Shown here: positions 27,428 through 39,119 of the stretch, piece after piece
How the letters are laid out: every line of letters begins with the position of its first letter
Position numbering within the stretch: position 1 is the stretch's first letter
Assembly: GCA_043805375.1 (NCBI GenBank)
Contig: JAZDIA010000099.1
Location: forward strand, 1-52,704
Source of the DNA: Pseudomonadota bacterium
Lineage (GTDB): Bacteria; Pseudomonadota; Gammaproteobacteria; Burkholderiales; SG8-39
Reading direction: 5' to 3'
Length of the DNA stretch: 52,704 nt
Notes under the pieces: generated by a model
What the model was told of the DNA's origin: nothing
The model's input: only the letters and a program-made list of their open reading frames with translations
Database searches by the model: none
Made by a program: the position numbers and the translations under genes

Positions 27428-28224
27428 GTTGCGTCTAGCGCGTCCCGAATGTCCCGCATGAAATTGCCCGCGCGCAGGATCTGCTCGCCCGCGGAAGCAG
27501 CTTCCATGCGCTCGATAATGGCGCTGCCGATAATCACCGCATCGGCAAACTTCGCCACCGCCTTGGCCGTGGCCGCGTCGCGGATACCGAACCCGACGCC
27601 CACCGGCAGCTTGGTCTGGCGGCGGATGCGGGGAATTTTCTCGGCCACCTCGGTCAGATCCAGATGCCCGGCCCCGGTGACACCCTTGAGCGAAACGTAG
27701 TAGAGATAGCCGCTGGCCAGCTTGGCCACTTGAGCCATGCGCGCATCGCTCGAGGTCGGCGCGAGCAGAAAGATCAGGTCCATGCCATGGCTGCGCACCA
27801 GGCCGGCGAAGGATGCGCATTCCTCCGGGGGATAATCGACCACCAGCACGCCGTCCACGCCGGCTTGTTGCGCCTCCTCGACGAAGCGATCGGCGCCCAT
27901 CGACTCGATCGGATTGGCATACCCCATCAGCACAACCGGCGTGGCCTGATTGAGCGCGCGAAATTCACGCACAAAAGCGAGCACCCGGTCGAGACTCACG
28001 CTGTGCTTCAAGGCGCGATCACTGGAACGTTGGATCACCGGGCCGTCGGCCATGGGGTCGGAGAACGGCACGCCCAACTCGATCACGTCCGCGCCCGCCT
28101 TGACCAGTGCATGCATCAGCGGCACGGTCATGCCGGGCTCGGGATCGCCCGCGGTAACGAAAGGAATCAGCGCCTTCTTGCGGTTCTTGGCAAGTCGCTC
28201 GAACGTGGCCTGGATGCGTGACAT
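27424..28224 (-). CDS. trpA: Tryptophan synthase alpha chain
   Basis: [45 protein letters not shown]; 266 aa. Confidence 0.95.
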   Translation of the reverse strand: MSRIQATFERLAKNRKKALIPFVTAGDPEPGMTVPLMHALVKAGADVIELGVPFSDPMADGPVIQRSSDRALKHSVSLDRVLAFVREFRALNQATPVVLMGYANPIESMGADRFVEEAQQAGVDGVLVVDYPPEECASFAGLVRSHGMDLIFLLAPTSSDARMAQVAKLASGYLYYVSLKGVTGAGHLDLTEVAEKIPRIRRQTKLPVGVGFGIRDAATAKAVAKFADAVIIGSAIIERMEAASAGEQILRAGNFMRDIRDALDAT

Positions 28225-28231
28225 TAGGATT

Positions 28232-29029
28232 TCACGGTACGGAAGAAAGATCTGCCACTTTACCGTTCACGCCTTTCATGCCGGTCACGCTCTCGGCAAC
28301 GCGTTTTTCGACGATGGCGAAATAGTCCGGATTGATCTCGAAGCCGACGAAGCCGCGTCCGTGCCTGGCCGCAGCCACGGCCGAAGTGCCGCTGCCCATG
28401 AAGGGATCGAGCACGGTGCCGCCTTTAGGGCAGCTTGCCAGCACCATGCGCTCGACGATTTCCAGCGGCTTTTGCGTCGGATGGTTCTCCCGCTCGCCGT
28501 GCTGGCGGTGCAGGCGCGACGCGCTCCAGACGTCCTTCGGGTTGTAGCCGACTTCCAGCCACTTCTTGCCGACGAAAATGGAGCGCGTGCGCGCCTTCTT
28601 GGTCTCGGCGTCATAAGGGATGCGCACCGCGTCGACGTCGAAGTAGTAGTCGCGTGATTTGACGAAAAAACCGATATTGTCGTGCACCGACGAGAATTTG
28701 CGCGTGCTGCCTCCCATGCTCGGCACCCGGCGGTCCCAAATGATCTCGTTCACCATGGCAAGGCGTGTCTTCAGATGGCTGAAGACTTCCGGACTGTGCT
28801 GCCAGGTGAGAAATACGTACAGGCTGCCGTTCGCTTTCAGCTTCGGCACCACCGCGTCTATCCAGCGCCGGCTCCAGGCGAGGTATTCGTCTGCGCCGAG
28901 GCGGTCCGAATCGTTGCCGTAGTCCTTGCCCAGGCCATAGGGCGGATCGGCGATGACCAGATCCACGGACGCATCGCCCAAGCGTTCAATCCCCGCCAGG
29001 GCATCCTCGTTGTAGAGCAGCGCCGTCAT
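28232..29029 (-). CDS. Orphan site-specific DNA methyltransferase, beta-class (DPPY before FxGxG); probably N6-adenine, N4-cytosine not excluded
   Basis: Motif [11 protein letters not shown] near the N-terminus, motif [12 protein letters not shown] near the C-terminus. 7-nt gaps to trpB and trpA. No endonuclease gene nearby. Confidence 0.85.
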   Translation of the reverse strand: MTALLYNEDALAGIERLGDASVDLVIADPPYGLGKDYGNDSDRLGADEYLAWSRRWIDAVVPKLKANGSLYVFLTWQHSPEVFSHLKTRLAMVNEIIWDRRVPSMGGSTRKFSSVHDNIGFFVKSRDYYFDVDAVRIPYDAETKKARTRSIFVGKKWLEVGYNPKDVWSASRLHRQHGERENHPTQKPLEIVERMVLASCPKGGTVLDPFMGSGTSAVAAARHGRGFVGFEINPDYFAIVEKRVAESVTGMKGVNGKVADLSSVP

Positions 29030-29036
29030 CAGCGGT

Positions 29037-30236
29037 TCAGAACTGGATGCCGGACTTCTCGGCGACGGTGTGCATGTCCTTGTCGCCGCGGCCGGACAAA
29101 TTCACCAGCAGGATCTTGTCTTTCGCCATGCCCGGCGCGATTTTCGCCGCCTGCGCCAGCGCGTGGCTCGATTCCAGCGCCGGGATGATGCCCTCGTAGT
29201 GGCACAGGTCGTGAAACGCCTTGAGCGCCTCGTCGTCGGTAATGGTAGTGTACTCGGCGCGGCCGCTGTCCTTGAGCCAGGCATGCTCCGGCCCCACGCC
29301 GGGATAATCCAGACCGGCCGAAATCGAATGCGTCTCGGTGATCTGCCCGTGTTCGTCCTGCAACAGATAGGTACGGTTGCCGTGCAGCACCCCGGGGCGA
29401 CCTGCGGTCAAAGAGGCCGCGTGTTTGCCGCTTGCGAGACCGAGGCCCGCCGCCTCCACACCGATCAGGCGCACGCCGTCAAACGGGATATAGGAGTAAA
29501 AAATGCCCATCGCGTTCGAGCCGCCGCCGACGCACGCGATCACCGCGTCGGGCTGGCGCCCGGCGAGTTCCGGCATCTGCTGCAGACATTCCTCGCCGAT
29601 CACCGACTGGAAATCGCGCACCATCATCGGATACGGGTGGGGCCCGGCAACCGTGCCGATGATGTAATAGGTGTTGTGGATATTGGTGACCCAGTCGCGC
29701 ATGGCTTCATTCAGCGCGTCCTTCAACGTCTTCGAGCCCGATTCCACCGCAACCACGCTGGCGCCGAGGATTTTCATGCGCTGCACATTGGCCGCCTGGC
29801 GCCGGATGTCCTCCGAGCCCATGTACACCACGCATTCCAGGCCGTAGCGGGCCGCTACCGTAGCCGACGCCACGCCGTGCATGCCGGCGCCCGTCTCGGC
29901 GATGATACGCGGTTTGCCCATGCGCCTTGCCAGCATGGCTTGCCCAATGGTGTTGTTGATCTTGTGGGCGCCGGTATGGTTGAGGTCTTCGCGCTTGAGG
30001 TAGATCTGTGCACCGCCGAGCAGGTCCGACCAGCGCTTGCAGTGATAGACGGGACTCGGGCGGCCGACGTAGTGCTTGAGGTCGTAACGGAACTCGGCCA
30101 TGAATTCCGGATCGCAGCGGTATTTTTCGTACGCGAGTCCGAGTTCCTCGAGCGCCGGAATCAGGGTTTCGGCAACAAATATGCCGCCGTAAGGCCCGAA
30201 ATGTCCATGGCTGTCCGGCAGGTCATGCATCTTCAT
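29037..30236 (-). CDS. trpB: Tryptophan synthase beta chain (start at 30236 or 30230)
   Basis: [26 protein letters not shown] (PLP lysine), GGGSNAMG. The ORF-track extension to 30350 is rejected. Confidence 0.95.
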   Translation of the reverse strand: MKMHDLPDSHGHFGPYGGIFVAETLIPALEELGLAYEKYRCDPEFMAEFRYDLKHYVGRPSPVYHCKRWSDLLGGAQIYLKREDLNHTGAHKINNTIGQAMLARRMGKPRIIAETGAGMHGVASATVAARYGLECVVYMGSEDIRRQAANVQRMKILGASVVAVESGSKTLKDALNEAMRDWVTNIHNTYYIIGTVAGPHPYPMMVRDFQSVIGEECLQQMPELAGRQPDAVIACVGGGSNAMGIFYSYIPFDGVRLIGVEAAGLGLASGKHAASLTAGRPGVLHGNRTYLLQDEHGQITETHSISAGLDYPGVGPEHAWLKDSGRAEYTTITDDEALKAFHDLCHYEGIIPALESSHALAQAAKIAPGMAKDKILLVNLSGRGDKDMHTVAEKSGIQF

Positions 30237-30852
30237 TCCTGACTCCCGCAATGAAAGCCGCCATTTTCGCGGCGTCCTTGACGCCTTTGGCCGTTTCCAC
30301 GCCGCTGGACACATCCACGGCCCAAGGCCTGACTTGACGCACGGCCGCACCCACGTTGTCCGGCCTGAGCCCGCCCGAGAGTATGACCGGCCGCGCCAGA
30401 TCGCGCGGGATCAGCTTCCAGTCGAACGATTCGCCCGTGCCGCCGTAAAGCCGGTCATGGTACGCGTCCAACAACCAGCCTTGGGCACCATGATAGGGCA
30501 ATAAGCATTGTATCAAATCCGTATCTGCTCGTACTCGCGCCGCCTTGATGTAGGGCAGGCCGAACCGGCCACAGAATTCGGGCGCTTCAGCGCCGTGAAA
30601 TTGCAGCAGGTTGAGCGAACAGGCACGCAGCGCCGACTCCACTTGTTCAGGCGCCGGATCGACAAACAGCCCGACGATCGTTACGAATGGCGCAACCGCC
30701 GCGACTATTGCCCGCGCCTGCGCGAAGCCGATGCTGCGCGGGCTGGGCGCGTAGAACACCAGGCCGATCGCGTCAGCGCCTAACTCCACCGCAATGCGCG
30801 CATCCTCTACCTGGGTGATGCCGCAGATCTTGATTCGGGTCCTCACGCCCAT
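30223..30852 (-). CDS. trpF: Phosphoribosylanthranilate isomerase
   Basis: [33 protein letters not shown]. The start at 30852 gives 209 aa. Confidence 0.9.
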   Translation of the reverse strand: MGVRTRIKICGITQVEDARIAVELGADAIGLVFYAPSPRSIGFAQARAIVAAVAPFVTIVGLFVDPAPEQVESALRACSLNLLQFHGAEAPEFCGRFGLPYIKAARVRADTDLIQCLLPYHGAQGWLLDAYHDRLYGGTGESFDWKLIPRDLARPVILSGGLRPDNVGAAVRQVRPWAVDVSSGVETAKGVKDAAKMAAFIAGVRNEDA

Positions 30853-31640
30853 TCCTGCCCCGGGTGAAAAATAAGCTTGGGTGCAAACGCGGGCAGCTTC
30901 CATCCGGGTGCATATTCCACGGCCGCAAGATAGAGACCGTCCGGGGAAAACGTGGGCGCCGCCTGACTCCGGTCGCGGCTCGCCAAGACCTCGGCGAACC
31001 AGCCGGGAGGATGCTTCCCCTTGCCCACGCATACGAGACAGCCGACAATATTTCGCACCATGTGATGCAAGAAACCATTGGCGGTGAACTCGAAACTGAA
31101 ATGAGCGCCGCGTTGCTCTATCGCCCAACTGCGCAACGCGCGCACCGGACTCTTCGCCTGGCATTCGCTCGAGCGAAAAGCGCTGAAATCGTGCTCGCCC
31201 GCAAGACAAGCCGCGGCGGCGCGCATCGCAGTCGGATCCAGCGGCAGATGGAACCAACCCACCCGGCCGTGGTGCAGCGCCGGCCGCACCGAATAGTTGT
31301 AGAGCACATAGCGGTAAGTGCGGGACACGGCCGAATAGCGCGCATGAAAATCATCGGCCACGGGCACGGCCCATTGCACCGCGACGGCCGGCGGCAGCAG
31401 CGCGTTGACACCGCGCACCCACGCCGATTCCGGGCGCACCGCTGCAGTCTCAAAATGCGCCACCTGCGCCAGGGCGTGCACTCCGGCATCGGTGCGACCG
31501 GCCGCGGCCAGACGAACAGGCCCGCCGGCGATGGACGCAAGCGCGCGCTCCAGGTGATCTTGCACGGTATCGCCGCAAGGCTGCGATTGCCAGCCGTGGT
31601 GGCGACTGCCGTCGTACTCGATGCCGAGCGCAATTTTCAT
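30843..31640 (-). CDS. truA: tRNA pseudouridine(38-40) synthase TruA
   Basis: [29 protein letters not shown] catalytic Asp motif; 265 aa. Confidence 0.95.
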   Translation of the reverse strand: MKIALGIEYDGSRHHGWQSQPCGDTVQDHLERALASIAGGPVRLAAAGRTDAGVHALAQVAHFETAAVRPESAWVRGVNALLPPAVAVQWAVPVADDFHARYSAVSRTYRYVLYNYSVRPALHHGRVGWFHLPLDPTAMRAAAACLAGEHDFSAFRSSECQAKSPVRALRSWAIEQRGAHFSFEFTANGFLHHMVRNIVGCLVCVGKGKHPPGWFAEVLASRDRSQAAPTFSPDGLYLAAVEYAPGWKLPAFAPKLIFHPGQEWA

Positions 31641-31644
31641 GGTT

Positions 31645-31679
31645 CGATAAAAACAAAACCCCGGGCGAACCCCGGGGTT
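31645..31679 (-). terminator. Rho-independent terminator downstream of fimV
   Basis: 9-bp GC-rich stem AACCCCGGG (31657-31665) / CCCGGGGTT (31671-31679), 5-nt loop. On the minus strand it is followed by TTGTTTTTAT. Confidence 0.7.
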
Positions 31680-31698
31680 GGTCTAGATTTACGCAGCG

Positions 31699-34425
31699 TC
31701 AGTCCTGGGCCGAGAGCATGGTCTGCGCTTGTTGCTGCTGGGCCGCGTCGCCCTCGTTCAGCACTTCCTTTAGGAGTTCGCGCGCCCCGTCCTTGTCGCC
31801 CATCTCCTGGTAGGCTTTGGCCAGGTCGAGCTTGGTTGCCACCTCCTGCCAGCGTGCATCAGCGGGTGCGGCTTCGGCGCCCGGTGCGCCCAGATCCAGA
31901 CTGATCGAGGACAGGTCAATCGGCGCTGCCGGCGCTTCTTCCTTTTGCGTTTGAAGACTCACGTTGAAATCGAAATCGATACCACCGCCGCCCTCGGCGG
32001 ATCCGGCCGGCGCGGTTGGCGCTGCCGGCGCTTCTTGCTTCTGCGCCGGAAGATCCAGGTTGAAATCGAAATCGATGCCATCGCTGCCTTCGGCGGGTCC
32101 GGCCGACGCCGCCGCAGTGACGATCGGAAGCTCGCCGGGCGCGTGCGCCTGCTCGGTTTTCGCCGCGTCGCCGGCCGCGGGCAGTTCGAAATCAAAATCT
32201 ACGGACGCGGCCGCCTCAGGGACCCCGAGCGCCTGGGCGTCCAGGCTCGGCGTGCCGCCGGCAGCGACTTCGGGAGGTTTCTCGCCGCCGCCCAGATCGA
32301 GATCGAGATCGAAACCGAGATCGGCCGTGACATCGGTAGCGGGTGCAGTCCCACTATCGGGTGCAATACCGGGCTGCGCGCCGGCTTCAGCAGGTGAGCT
32401 CAAACCCAGATCAAAATCCAAACCAGCGAACGCGGCCGGCTCCTGCACGCCAGCATCCAGCCCAATAGCCGGCGCCGCCGCAGCGGCGACTTCAGCGGCG
32501 GAAAGAACCTGGGTATCGGTGGCGCGAGGAGTTTCGCCCGCTGCAGTCTTGCCGCCATAGAGCGGATTTTTGGGGTCAAGTTGCAAGCCCAAAGCGACCG
32601 CTTTTCCCCACTCGGTCCCGGCGCCGCCAGTGGCGGCCTGGAGTTCGACCGCTACGGCTTCGAATGCCTTGGCATCCTTGCGGCCGGCGTAGATTTCCAG
32701 CAATTTAATGCGAATTGCCTGTCGCGAAGGATCCTTCGCCAGCGCCTCCTTGAGAATTTCCTCTGCCTGTGCGTCGCGGCCGTACGCCATGTAGACATCG
32801 GCTTCTGCAATCGGATCGACTTCCCCGGTGTCGATAGCCACTGCTGCCCCGCCCCGGCTGAAATCGCCTTGGATTTCGACGGGACCGGTATCGACCCTGT
32901 CGCGGCCAGAAGCGCCAAACACGGAGTCGGTCGCCAGACCCGGCGCTCCCATTACGCCGCTCTCGGTTTTCTGCAAGGTCTTCTTGCGCCGCCAGGCGTA
33001 ATAACCATAACCGCCGAACAAGAGCAGCAGAAAACCGCCGCCGCCGTAAAGGGCCAGTTCGTTACCGAGAATTTCGTCGACCAAACCGGGCTCCGGTGGA
33101 GGCGGTGGAGGCGTCACAACCTTGGACGCCGCTTTAGGCGCTGGCTTGGCGGGCTCGCCGGCTCTAGCGGGTTCGCCTGCCTTAGCAACAACGGTGGCCT
33201 TGGCAAGCTCAGGCGCCTTCGCCGCAGCCGCATCTTTGGCCACTTCCGGCGCCTTCGCCGGTTCTGCGACTTTGGCCGCGCCCGCCTTGGCGGCTTGCTG
33301 TTGCAATAGGGCCCCAGACTGGCTTTTCAGCTCGAGCAGCTTCTGCAATTCCTGCACGTTCTTCTCTAGCATCGCGATGCGCTCATTCGCATCTTTGATC
33401 GCTTTGTCCTTGGCGAACAAGTCTTCCCGCAGCCCCTGCGCGCTACGGCTTGCGCCGGGCTTGCCCGGCTCTTCCGCCTTGGAAAGCCTAAGCTGGTCTC
33501 CGGTATCCATTGCCACCGCGGGTTTGTCTTCGACCTTCGCGGTGATCTTGCCGCTCGCGCTCCGGCGGAGCGAATCGGCTCGTTCCGGCGCAGCCGCAAC
33601 CGCCGCAGCCAGGTTGCGGCGGTATTCGTTGAAATCGGCAACTTGCGCGATCAGCAAGCGCGTCGCCTCGGACTGGTCTACCGATGCCGCCGCGTCCTTG
33701 TCTGGAATATTGAGAATTTTGCCGGCACGCAGGCGGTTCATGTTGTTGCCGTCGAATGCGTCGGTATTGCTGCGATACAGTGCCAGCAGCATTTGCTGCA
33801 AGCTGACGTCATACGATCTATTGGCGTTGGCAATCTTTACCAGCGTATCGCCGCGCTTCACTTGGTAGGTGCTGGCAGCCTTGGGTGCCGCGGGCTCAAG
33901 CGGCTTGTCCATGCCCGGCACGCGGGGGCGCAATTCTGGTTGCTTCGGCACCTCAACGGACATGATCACCGGCGCTGCACTCTCCGCCGGCGCGGCCACC
34001 GCGGGTGCCGGCTGGGGCGGTTTGTATTCGGGAGGGTCGAGCAGGAAGGTATACTCACGCACGAGCCGGCCGCCAGCCCAGTCCAGTTGCACCAACAGAT
34101 CGAGGAACGGTTCGTTCATCGGCTGCGCCGAACTGAGGACTATGACATGACGGTCCTCGCCGCGCTGCTCGAGGCTGAATCTGACCGACAGCAGCGCGCC
34201 GCTGTACTCGATGTTGGCTTGCCGAAACGCCTCTGCAGATGGCAGTTGCACGCTGAGGCTGTCCGCTTCACCCTTTTGCATCGAGACCAATTCGATCTCA
34301 GCGTTCAAGGGTTGTCCCAAGCCGGAAAACACAGTCAGCTTACCGAGCCCCGCAGCAACCGCTAGTGACGGCAGCAATAGAAATGCCAGGGCCACCGCAG
34401 TTGTTTTTATGACGGATTTACCCAC
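31699..34425 (-). CDS. fimV: FimV-like peptidoglycan-binding motility/scaffold protein (GTG start)
   Basis: Signal peptide, LysM-like segment (YQVKRGDTLVKIANA...), mid TM helix, acidic DFDF-repeat region, C-terminal TPR-like motif (LDLAKAYQEMGDKDGARELLKEV). Confidence 0.8.
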   Translation of the reverse strand: MGKSVIKTTAVALAFLLLPSLAVAAGLGKLTVFSGLGQPLNAEIELVSMQKGEADSLSVQLPSAEAFRQANIEYSGALLSVRFSLEQRGEDRHVIVLSSAQPMNEPFLDLLVQLDWAGGRLVREYTFLLDPPEYKPPQPAPAVAAPAESAAPVIMSVEVPKQPELRPRVPGMDKPLEPAAPKAASTYQVKRGDTLVKIANANRSYDVSLQQMLLALYRSNTDAFDGNNMNRLRAGKILNIPDKDAAASVDQSEATRLLIAQVADFNEYRRNLAAAVAAAPERADSLRRSASGKITAKVEDKPAVAMDTGDQLRLSKAEEPGKPGASRSAQGLREDLFAKDKAIKDANERIAMLEKNVQELQKLLELKSQSGALLQQQAAKAGAAKVAEPAKAPEVAKDAAAAKAPELAKATVVAKAGEPARAGEPAKPAPKAASKVVTPPPPPPEPGLVDEILGNELALYGGGGFLLLLFGGYGYYAWRRKKTLQKTESGVMGAPGLATDSVFGASGRDRVDTGPVEIQGDFSRGGAAVAIDTGEVDPIAEADVYMAYGRDAQAEEILKEALAKDPSRQAIRIKLLEIYAGRKDAKAFEAVAVELQAATGGAGTEWGKAVALGLQLDPKNPLYGGKTAAGETPRATDTQVLSAAEVAAAAAPAIGLDAGVQEPAAFAGLDFDLGLSSPAEAGAQPGIAPDSGTAPATDVTADLGFDLDLDLGGGEKPPEVAAGGTPSLDAQALGVPEAAASVDFDFELPAAGDAAKTEQAHAPGELPIVTAAASAGPAEGSDGIDFDFNLDLPAQKQEAPAAPTAPAGSAEGGGGIDFDFNVSLQTQKEEAPAAPIDLSSISLDLGAPGAEAAPADARWQEVATKLDLAKAYQEMGDKDGARELLKEVLNEGDAAQQQQAQTMLSAQD
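31923..32110. repeat. 96-bp in-frame tandem duplication in the acidic C-terminal part of fimV, plus shorter degenerate relatives upstream
   Basis: GCGCTGCCGGCGCTTCTT...GTTGAAATCGAAATCGAT recurs with period 96 (31923 and 32019). Encodes the GIDFDFN... 32-aa repeats. Confidence 0.85.
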
Positions 34426-34619
34426 CTTCCACCCCTGAAGACGTTTTGTGGACTAACTAAATTAACATCATAGCCTTAGCCTTGCAAGCTAATCTTTCTT
34501 GTCATGAAAGCGCTTCAAGCCGGGTATTTTTCGTCAAAAACTCCGACTTAACCGGTTGCTCACGAATCAAGCGGTGGCGCCATTGGCGAAGAATCTCGAT
34601 TCTGTTGGGTTTCCATAGG

Positions 34620-34647
34620 TCTCCCGATTTTCAAAAAAATCGCGAGA
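34620..34647. repeat. Short hairpin related to the 741-790 element, with the inner stem missing; about 50 nt downstream of asd
   Basis: TCTCCCGATTTT / AAAATCGCGAGA (12 bp, 1 mismatch), loop CAAA. Flanks (TTCC.TA...TCTCC.GATTTT and GAGA..ACGGATG) match the 731-800 region. Confidence 0.7.
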
Positions 34648-34695
34648 TGACGGATGCATAAGCGAGCGAGCGTGTTTGCTTCCGGCTAGCCCGGC

Positions 34696-35862
34696 TTAGG
34701 CTTCTGCCCCCGTCCCCGTTTCCGCCGTTTGCATTTTCGGCGCCGCCGCAATCGCTTTCTCGTCCCGCAAGATGCGCAACATGCGCCGCAGAGGTTCGGC
34801 CGCTCCCCACAGCAACTGATCGCCGACGGTGAACGCGGACAGGTACTCTCCGCCCATATTGAGCTTGCGCAGCCGGCCTACCGGCACGCTCAGGCTGCCG
34901 GTCACGGCGGCAGGGCTAAGTTCGCGTATGCTGGCCTCGCGCTTGTTCGGGATTACCTTCACCCAGTCATTGGCGGACGCGAGGATGGACTCGATCTCGG
35001 CCAGCGGCAGGTCGCGCGTAAGCTTGATGGTGAGCGCCTGGCTGTGGCAGCGCATGGCGCCGATGCGCACGCACAGGCCGTCGATGGGAATCGGCCGGTT
35101 CTCGCGGCCGAGGATCTTGTTGCCTTCGGCCTGGCCCTTCCACTCCTCGCGGCTCTGGCCGTTCTCCATTTCCTTGTCGATCCAGGGAATCAGGCTGCCG
35201 GCGAGCGCCACCCCGAAATGCTCCCTCGGCAGCGCGTCGCTGCGCAGGGTTTCCGCCACCCGGCGATCGATCTCCAGAATCGCAGATGCAGGATCGGCGA
35301 GCAGCGGGCCGGCCGAGGCGTGCGCTGCGCCCATCTGCGCGATCAGCTCGCGCATGTTCTGCGCGCCGGCGCCGGAAGCCGCTTGGTAGGTCATGGCGCT
35401 CATCCACTCGATCAGCCCTTCCCTGAACAGGCCATGCAGCGCCATCAGCATCAGGCTGACGGTGCAGTTGCCACCGATGTAATTTTTCACGCCGCGCGCT
35501 AGCGCGTCCTCGATGACCTGCAGGTTCACCGGATCGAGAATGATGACTGCGTCATTTTTCATGCGCAATGCGGAAGCGGCGTCGATCCAGTAGCCGTCCC
35601 AGCCGGCCGCGCGCAGCTTAGGAAAGGTCTCATTGGTGTAATCGCCCCCCTGGCAGGTGACGATCACGTCCATCCGCTTCAAATCGGCGATAGATGACGC
35701 ATCCTTCAGCGGTTCCTTGCTCTCGCCGGGTCCCTTGCCGCCGACATTGGACGTAGTGAAAAACACCGTGTCAATAAGCGCGAAATCGTTTTCCGCGCGC
35801 ATGCGATCCATCAGTACCGAGCCCACCATGCCGCGCCAGCCTACAAAGCCCACTTTCTTCAT
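34696..35862 (-). CDS. asd: Aspartate-semialdehyde dehydrogenase
   Basis: [25 protein letters not shown] active-site Cys. Short Ala-rich C-terminal extension. Confidence 0.95.
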   Translation of the reverse strand: MKKVGFVGWRGMVGSVLMDRMRAENDFALIDTVFFTTSNVGGKGPGESKEPLKDASSIADLKRMDVIVTCQGGDYTNETFPKLRAAGWDGYWIDAASALRMKNDAVIILDPVNLQVIEDALARGVKNYIGGNCTVSLMLMALHGLFREGLIEWMSAMTYQAASGAGAQNMRELIAQMGAAHASAGPLLADPASAILEIDRRVAETLRSDALPREHFGVALAGSLIPWIDKEMENGQSREEWKGQAEGNKILGRENRPIPIDGLCVRIGAMRCHSQALTIKLTRDLPLAEIESILASANDWVKVIPNKREASIRELSPAAVTGSLSVPVGRLRKLNMGGEYLSAFTVGDQLLWGAAEPLRRMLRILRDEKAIAAAPKMQTAETGTGAEA

Positions 35863-35978
35863 GACAATCTTCCTGACATGAACAATGCAATTCTAAACCT
35901 TTGCGCATGAGAGATGGAAGCAAGGTGGTGAAAAATCGGCACCTGCCCTGTGGTTCCCTCCGCCTCCTTCTTTTCGAA

Positions 35979-37043
35979 TCACAACGCCGCCACCACTGCG
36001 TCGCCCATCTGCGCGGTGCCGACCCGTTCGGTCCCCGGCCGATGGATATCCGCCGTTCGCAGCCCGCGCGCCAATACTTTGGTGACCGCATCTTCGATGC
36101 GCTTGGCCGCCTGGTCCTGGTTGAAACTGTAGCGCAGCATCATCGCCGCCGACAGTATGGTTGCCAGGGGATTTGCCAGGTTCTTGCCGGCGATGTCCGG
36201 CGCCGAGCCGTGGATCGGCTCGTACAGCCCTTTGTTGTTTGCATCGAGCGATGCCGAGGGCAGCATGCCGATCGAGCCGGTGAGCATGGAGGCTTCGTCG
36301 GAGAGGATGTCGCCGAACATATTGCCGGTGACGATGACGTCGAACTGCTTCGGATCGCGCAGCAGCTGCATCGCCGCGTTGTCAACATACATGTGCGACA
36401 GTTCCACGCCGGGGTATTCCTTCGCCACCTCGATGACGACCTCGCGCCACAGCTGCGAGGTCTCGAGCACGTTGCACTTGTCCACCGAGCACAGCTTTTT
36501 CGAACGCTTCATCGCCGCGCGAAATCCCGCGTGCGCGATGCGCCGGATCTCGGATTCGCTATAGCGCATGGTGTCGAAACCCTCGCGCTCGCCGTTCGCG
36601 AGCGTGCGCAGGCCGCGCGGCTGGCCGAAATAAATATCGCCGGTAAGTTCGCGCAGGATCAGGATATCCATCCCCGATACCACCTCGGGGCGCAAGGTCG
36701 ATGCCCCTACCAGTTCCGGGAACACCTTGGCCGGGCGCAGATTGGCGAACAGGCCCAGCTCCTTGCGCAAGCCCAGAATGGCCTGCTCCGGGCGCTTGGC
36801 CCGAGGCAGGGTGTCGTACTGCCAGCCACCCACGGCGCCAAACAGAATCGCATCGGCTTCACGCGCGAGCTTCAGCGTAGCCGCAGGCAGGGGATCGCCG
36901 GCCGCGTCATACGCGGCGCCGCCCACCGGCGCTTCTTCCATTTCCAGCTCGAGGCCATCCTTGGCGAGCGCGCGCAGCACCTTCACCGCCTGCGCCACGA
37001 TTTCCGTCCCTATCCCGTCACCGGGGAGCACTGCTATTTTCAT
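35979..37043 (-). CDS. leuB: 3-isopropylmalate dehydrogenase
   Basis: [42 protein letters not shown]. Confidence 0.95.
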   Translation of the reverse strand: MKIAVLPGDGIGTEIVAQAVKVLRALAKDGLELEMEEAPVGGAAYDAAGDPLPAATLKLAREADAILFGAVGGWQYDTLPRAKRPEQAILGLRKELGLFANLRPAKVFPELVGASTLRPEVVSGMDILILRELTGDIYFGQPRGLRTLANGEREGFDTMRYSESEIRRIAHAGFRAAMKRSKKLCSVDKCNVLETSQLWREVVIEVAKEYPGVELSHMYVDNAAMQLLRDPKQFDVIVTGNMFGDILSDEASMLTGSIGMLPSASLDANNKGLYEPIHGSAPDIAGKNLANPLATILSAAMMLRYSFNQDQAAKRIEDAVTKVLARGLRTADIHRPGTERVGTAQMGDAVVAAL

Positions 37044-37066
37044 TTATTCACCCTGAAAGACATTTG

Positions 37067-37708
37067 TCAGCCGAACAGCCATGGCTGCTCGATGCGGCGG
37101 CGCGCCTCGAACGCGCGGATCTTGTCGGCGTGGCGCAGCGACAACCCGATGTCGTCGAAGCCGTTCAACAGGCAGTGCTTTCGGTGTGCATCGACGTCGA
37201 ACGCAATCGGCGTTACTCCATCGGGCGCGATGACGACCTGGCGCGGGAGGTCGATGGTCAGCTTGTAGCCGGGAAAGGCGTTGACCTCGTTGAACAGATG
37301 ATCGACGCGCAGTTCCGACAGCACGATAGGCAGCAAGCCGTTCTTGAAGCAGTTATTGAAAAAAATATCCGCGTAGGACGGCGCGATGATGGCGCGAAAG
37401 CCGTAATCCGCGAGCGCCCAGGGCGCATGCTCGCGGCTCGAGCCGCAGCCGAAATTCTTGCGCGCAAGCAATATGGTCGCACCCCTGTAGCGCGGCTGAT
37501 TGAGTACGAAATCCTGGTTGAGCGGACGGCTTGCGTTATCCATGCCGGGTTCGCCCACGTCCAGGTAACGCCAGGCGTCGAACAGGTTGGGGCCGAATCC
37601 GGAGCGCTGGATCGACTTCAGGAACTGCTTCGGGATGATCGCGTCGGTATCGACATTGGCACGGTCCAGCGGTGCCACGAGCCCGTTCAGTAGAGTAAAT
37701 TTTTCCAT
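37067..37708 (-). CDS. leuD: 3-isopropylmalate dehydratase small subunit
   Basis: [44 protein letters not shown]. The start at 37708 lies 5 nt after the leuC stop. Confidence 0.93.
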   Translation of the reverse strand: MEKFTLLNGLVAPLDRANVDTDAIIPKQFLKSIQRSGFGPNLFDAWRYLDVGEPGMDNASRPLNQDFVLNQPRYRGATILLARKNFGCGSSREHAPWALADYGFRAIIAPSYADIFFNNCFKNGLLPIVLSELRVDHLFNEVNAFPGYKLTIDLPRQVVIAPDGVTPIAFDVDAHRKHCLLNGFDDIGLSLRHADKIRAFEARRRIEQPWLFG

Positions 37709-37712
37709 GCTC

Positions 37713-39119
37713 TCAGCGCCAGTTGCGTACGTCGACAAAATGCCCGGCGATCGCGGCCGCCGCGGCTGTTTCCGGACTGACCAGGTGGGTGCGGCCGCCT
37801 GCGCCCTGGCGGCCCTCGAAATTGCGGTTGGAAGTCGAAGCGCAGCGCTCGCCCGGTTCGAGGCGGTCGGCGTTCATCGCCAGGCACATCGAGCAACCCG
37901 GCTCGCGCCACTCGAAACCCGACTCCCTGAACACGCGATCCAGCCCCTCCCGCTCGGCCTGAGCCTTCACCAGGCCCGAGCCCGGCACCACCAGGGCGAG
38001 GCGGATGTTGGCGGCGATGCGCTTGCCGCGCACCATCGCCGCCGCGGCGCGCAAATCCTCGATGCGCGAGTTGGTGCAGGAACCGATGAACACCTTGTCC
38101 AGGCGTATGTCCTCGATGCGCATGTTGGGTTTCAGGTCCATGTAGATGAGCGCCCGCTCCATGCCCTCGCGCCGGGTCGCGTCCTTCTCCTTGTCCGGAT
38201 CGGGCACGCGCTCATCCACCGCCACCACCATCTCCGGCGACGTGCCCCAGGTGACCTGTGGCCTGATGTCGCGCGCGTCCAACCGCACCACGCGGTCGAA
38301 CTGCGCGCCCTCGTCGGATGCAAGCGTGCGCCAATAGGCCACGGCGCGGTTCCAGTTTTCGCCGGTCGGGGCAAACGGCCGTCCCTTGAGATAAGCGACG
38401 GTGATATCGTCCACCGCCACCATACCGGCGCGGGCACCGGCCTCGATCGCCATGTTGCACACGGTCATGCGCCCTTCCATGCTCAGGGCGCGGATGCTGC
38501 CGCCGGCAAACTCGACAGCGCAGCCTGTTCCGCCGGCGGTACCGATTCTGCCGATGATGTCAAGGGCGACGTCCTTGGCCGTGACCCCGCGCGCGAGCGC
38601 CCCGTCCACCGTGACCAGCATGTTCTGCATTTTCTTTTGCACCAGGCACTGGGTCGCGAGCACGTGCTCGACCTCCGAGGTACCGATGCCGTGCGCAAGG
38701 CAGGCGAAGGCGCCGTGGGTGCTGGTATGCGAATCGCCGCACACCACCGTCATGCCCGGCAGCGTCGCGCCCTGCTCCGGGCCGATTACGTGCACGATGC
38801 CCTGGCGCCGGTCGAGAAAAGGAAAGTAAGCCTTCGCGCCGTATTCGCGGATATTCGCGTCCAGGGTTTCGACCTGCAGGCGCGAGATCGGGTCCTTGAT
38901 GCCCTCGTTCCAGTCGGTCGTAGGCGTGTTGTGATCGGCAGTCGCCACGATCGAATCGATGCGCCAGGGCTTGCGCCCGGCGAGCCGCAGGCCTTCGAAT
39001 GCCTGCGGGCTGGTGACTTCGTGCAGCAGATGGCGGTCGATATAGAGCAGCGCCGTGCCGTCGTCCTCGACATGGACCACATGGCTCGCCCAAAGCTTGT
39101 CGTACAGGGTCTGCGGCAT
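37713..39119 (-). CDS. leuC: 3-isopropylmalate dehydratase large subunit
   Basis: [15 protein letters not shown], aconitase-family Fe-S ligand regions ([21 protein letters not shown]). Confidence 0.95.
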   Translation of the reverse strand: MPQTLYDKLWASHVVHVEDDGTALLYIDRHLLHEVTSPQAFEGLRLAGRKPWRIDSIVATADHNTPTTDWNEGIKDPISRLQVETLDANIREYGAKAYFPFLDRRQGIVHVIGPEQGATLPGMTVVCGDSHTSTHGAFACLAHGIGTSEVEHVLATQCLVQKKMQNMLVTVDGALARGVTAKDVALDIIGRIGTAGGTGCAVEFAGGSIRALSMEGRMTVCNMAIEAGARAGMVAVDDITVAYLKGRPFAPTGENWNRAVAYWRTLASDEGAQFDRVVRLDARDIRPQVTWGTSPEMVVAVDERVPDPDKEKDATRREGMERALIYMDLKPNMRIEDIRLDKVFIGSCTNSRIEDLRAAAAMVRGKRIAANIRLALVVPGSGLVKAQAEREGLDRVFRESGFEWREPGCSMCLAMNADRLEPGERCASTSNRNFEGRQGAGGRTHLVSPETAAAAAIAGHFVDVRNWR

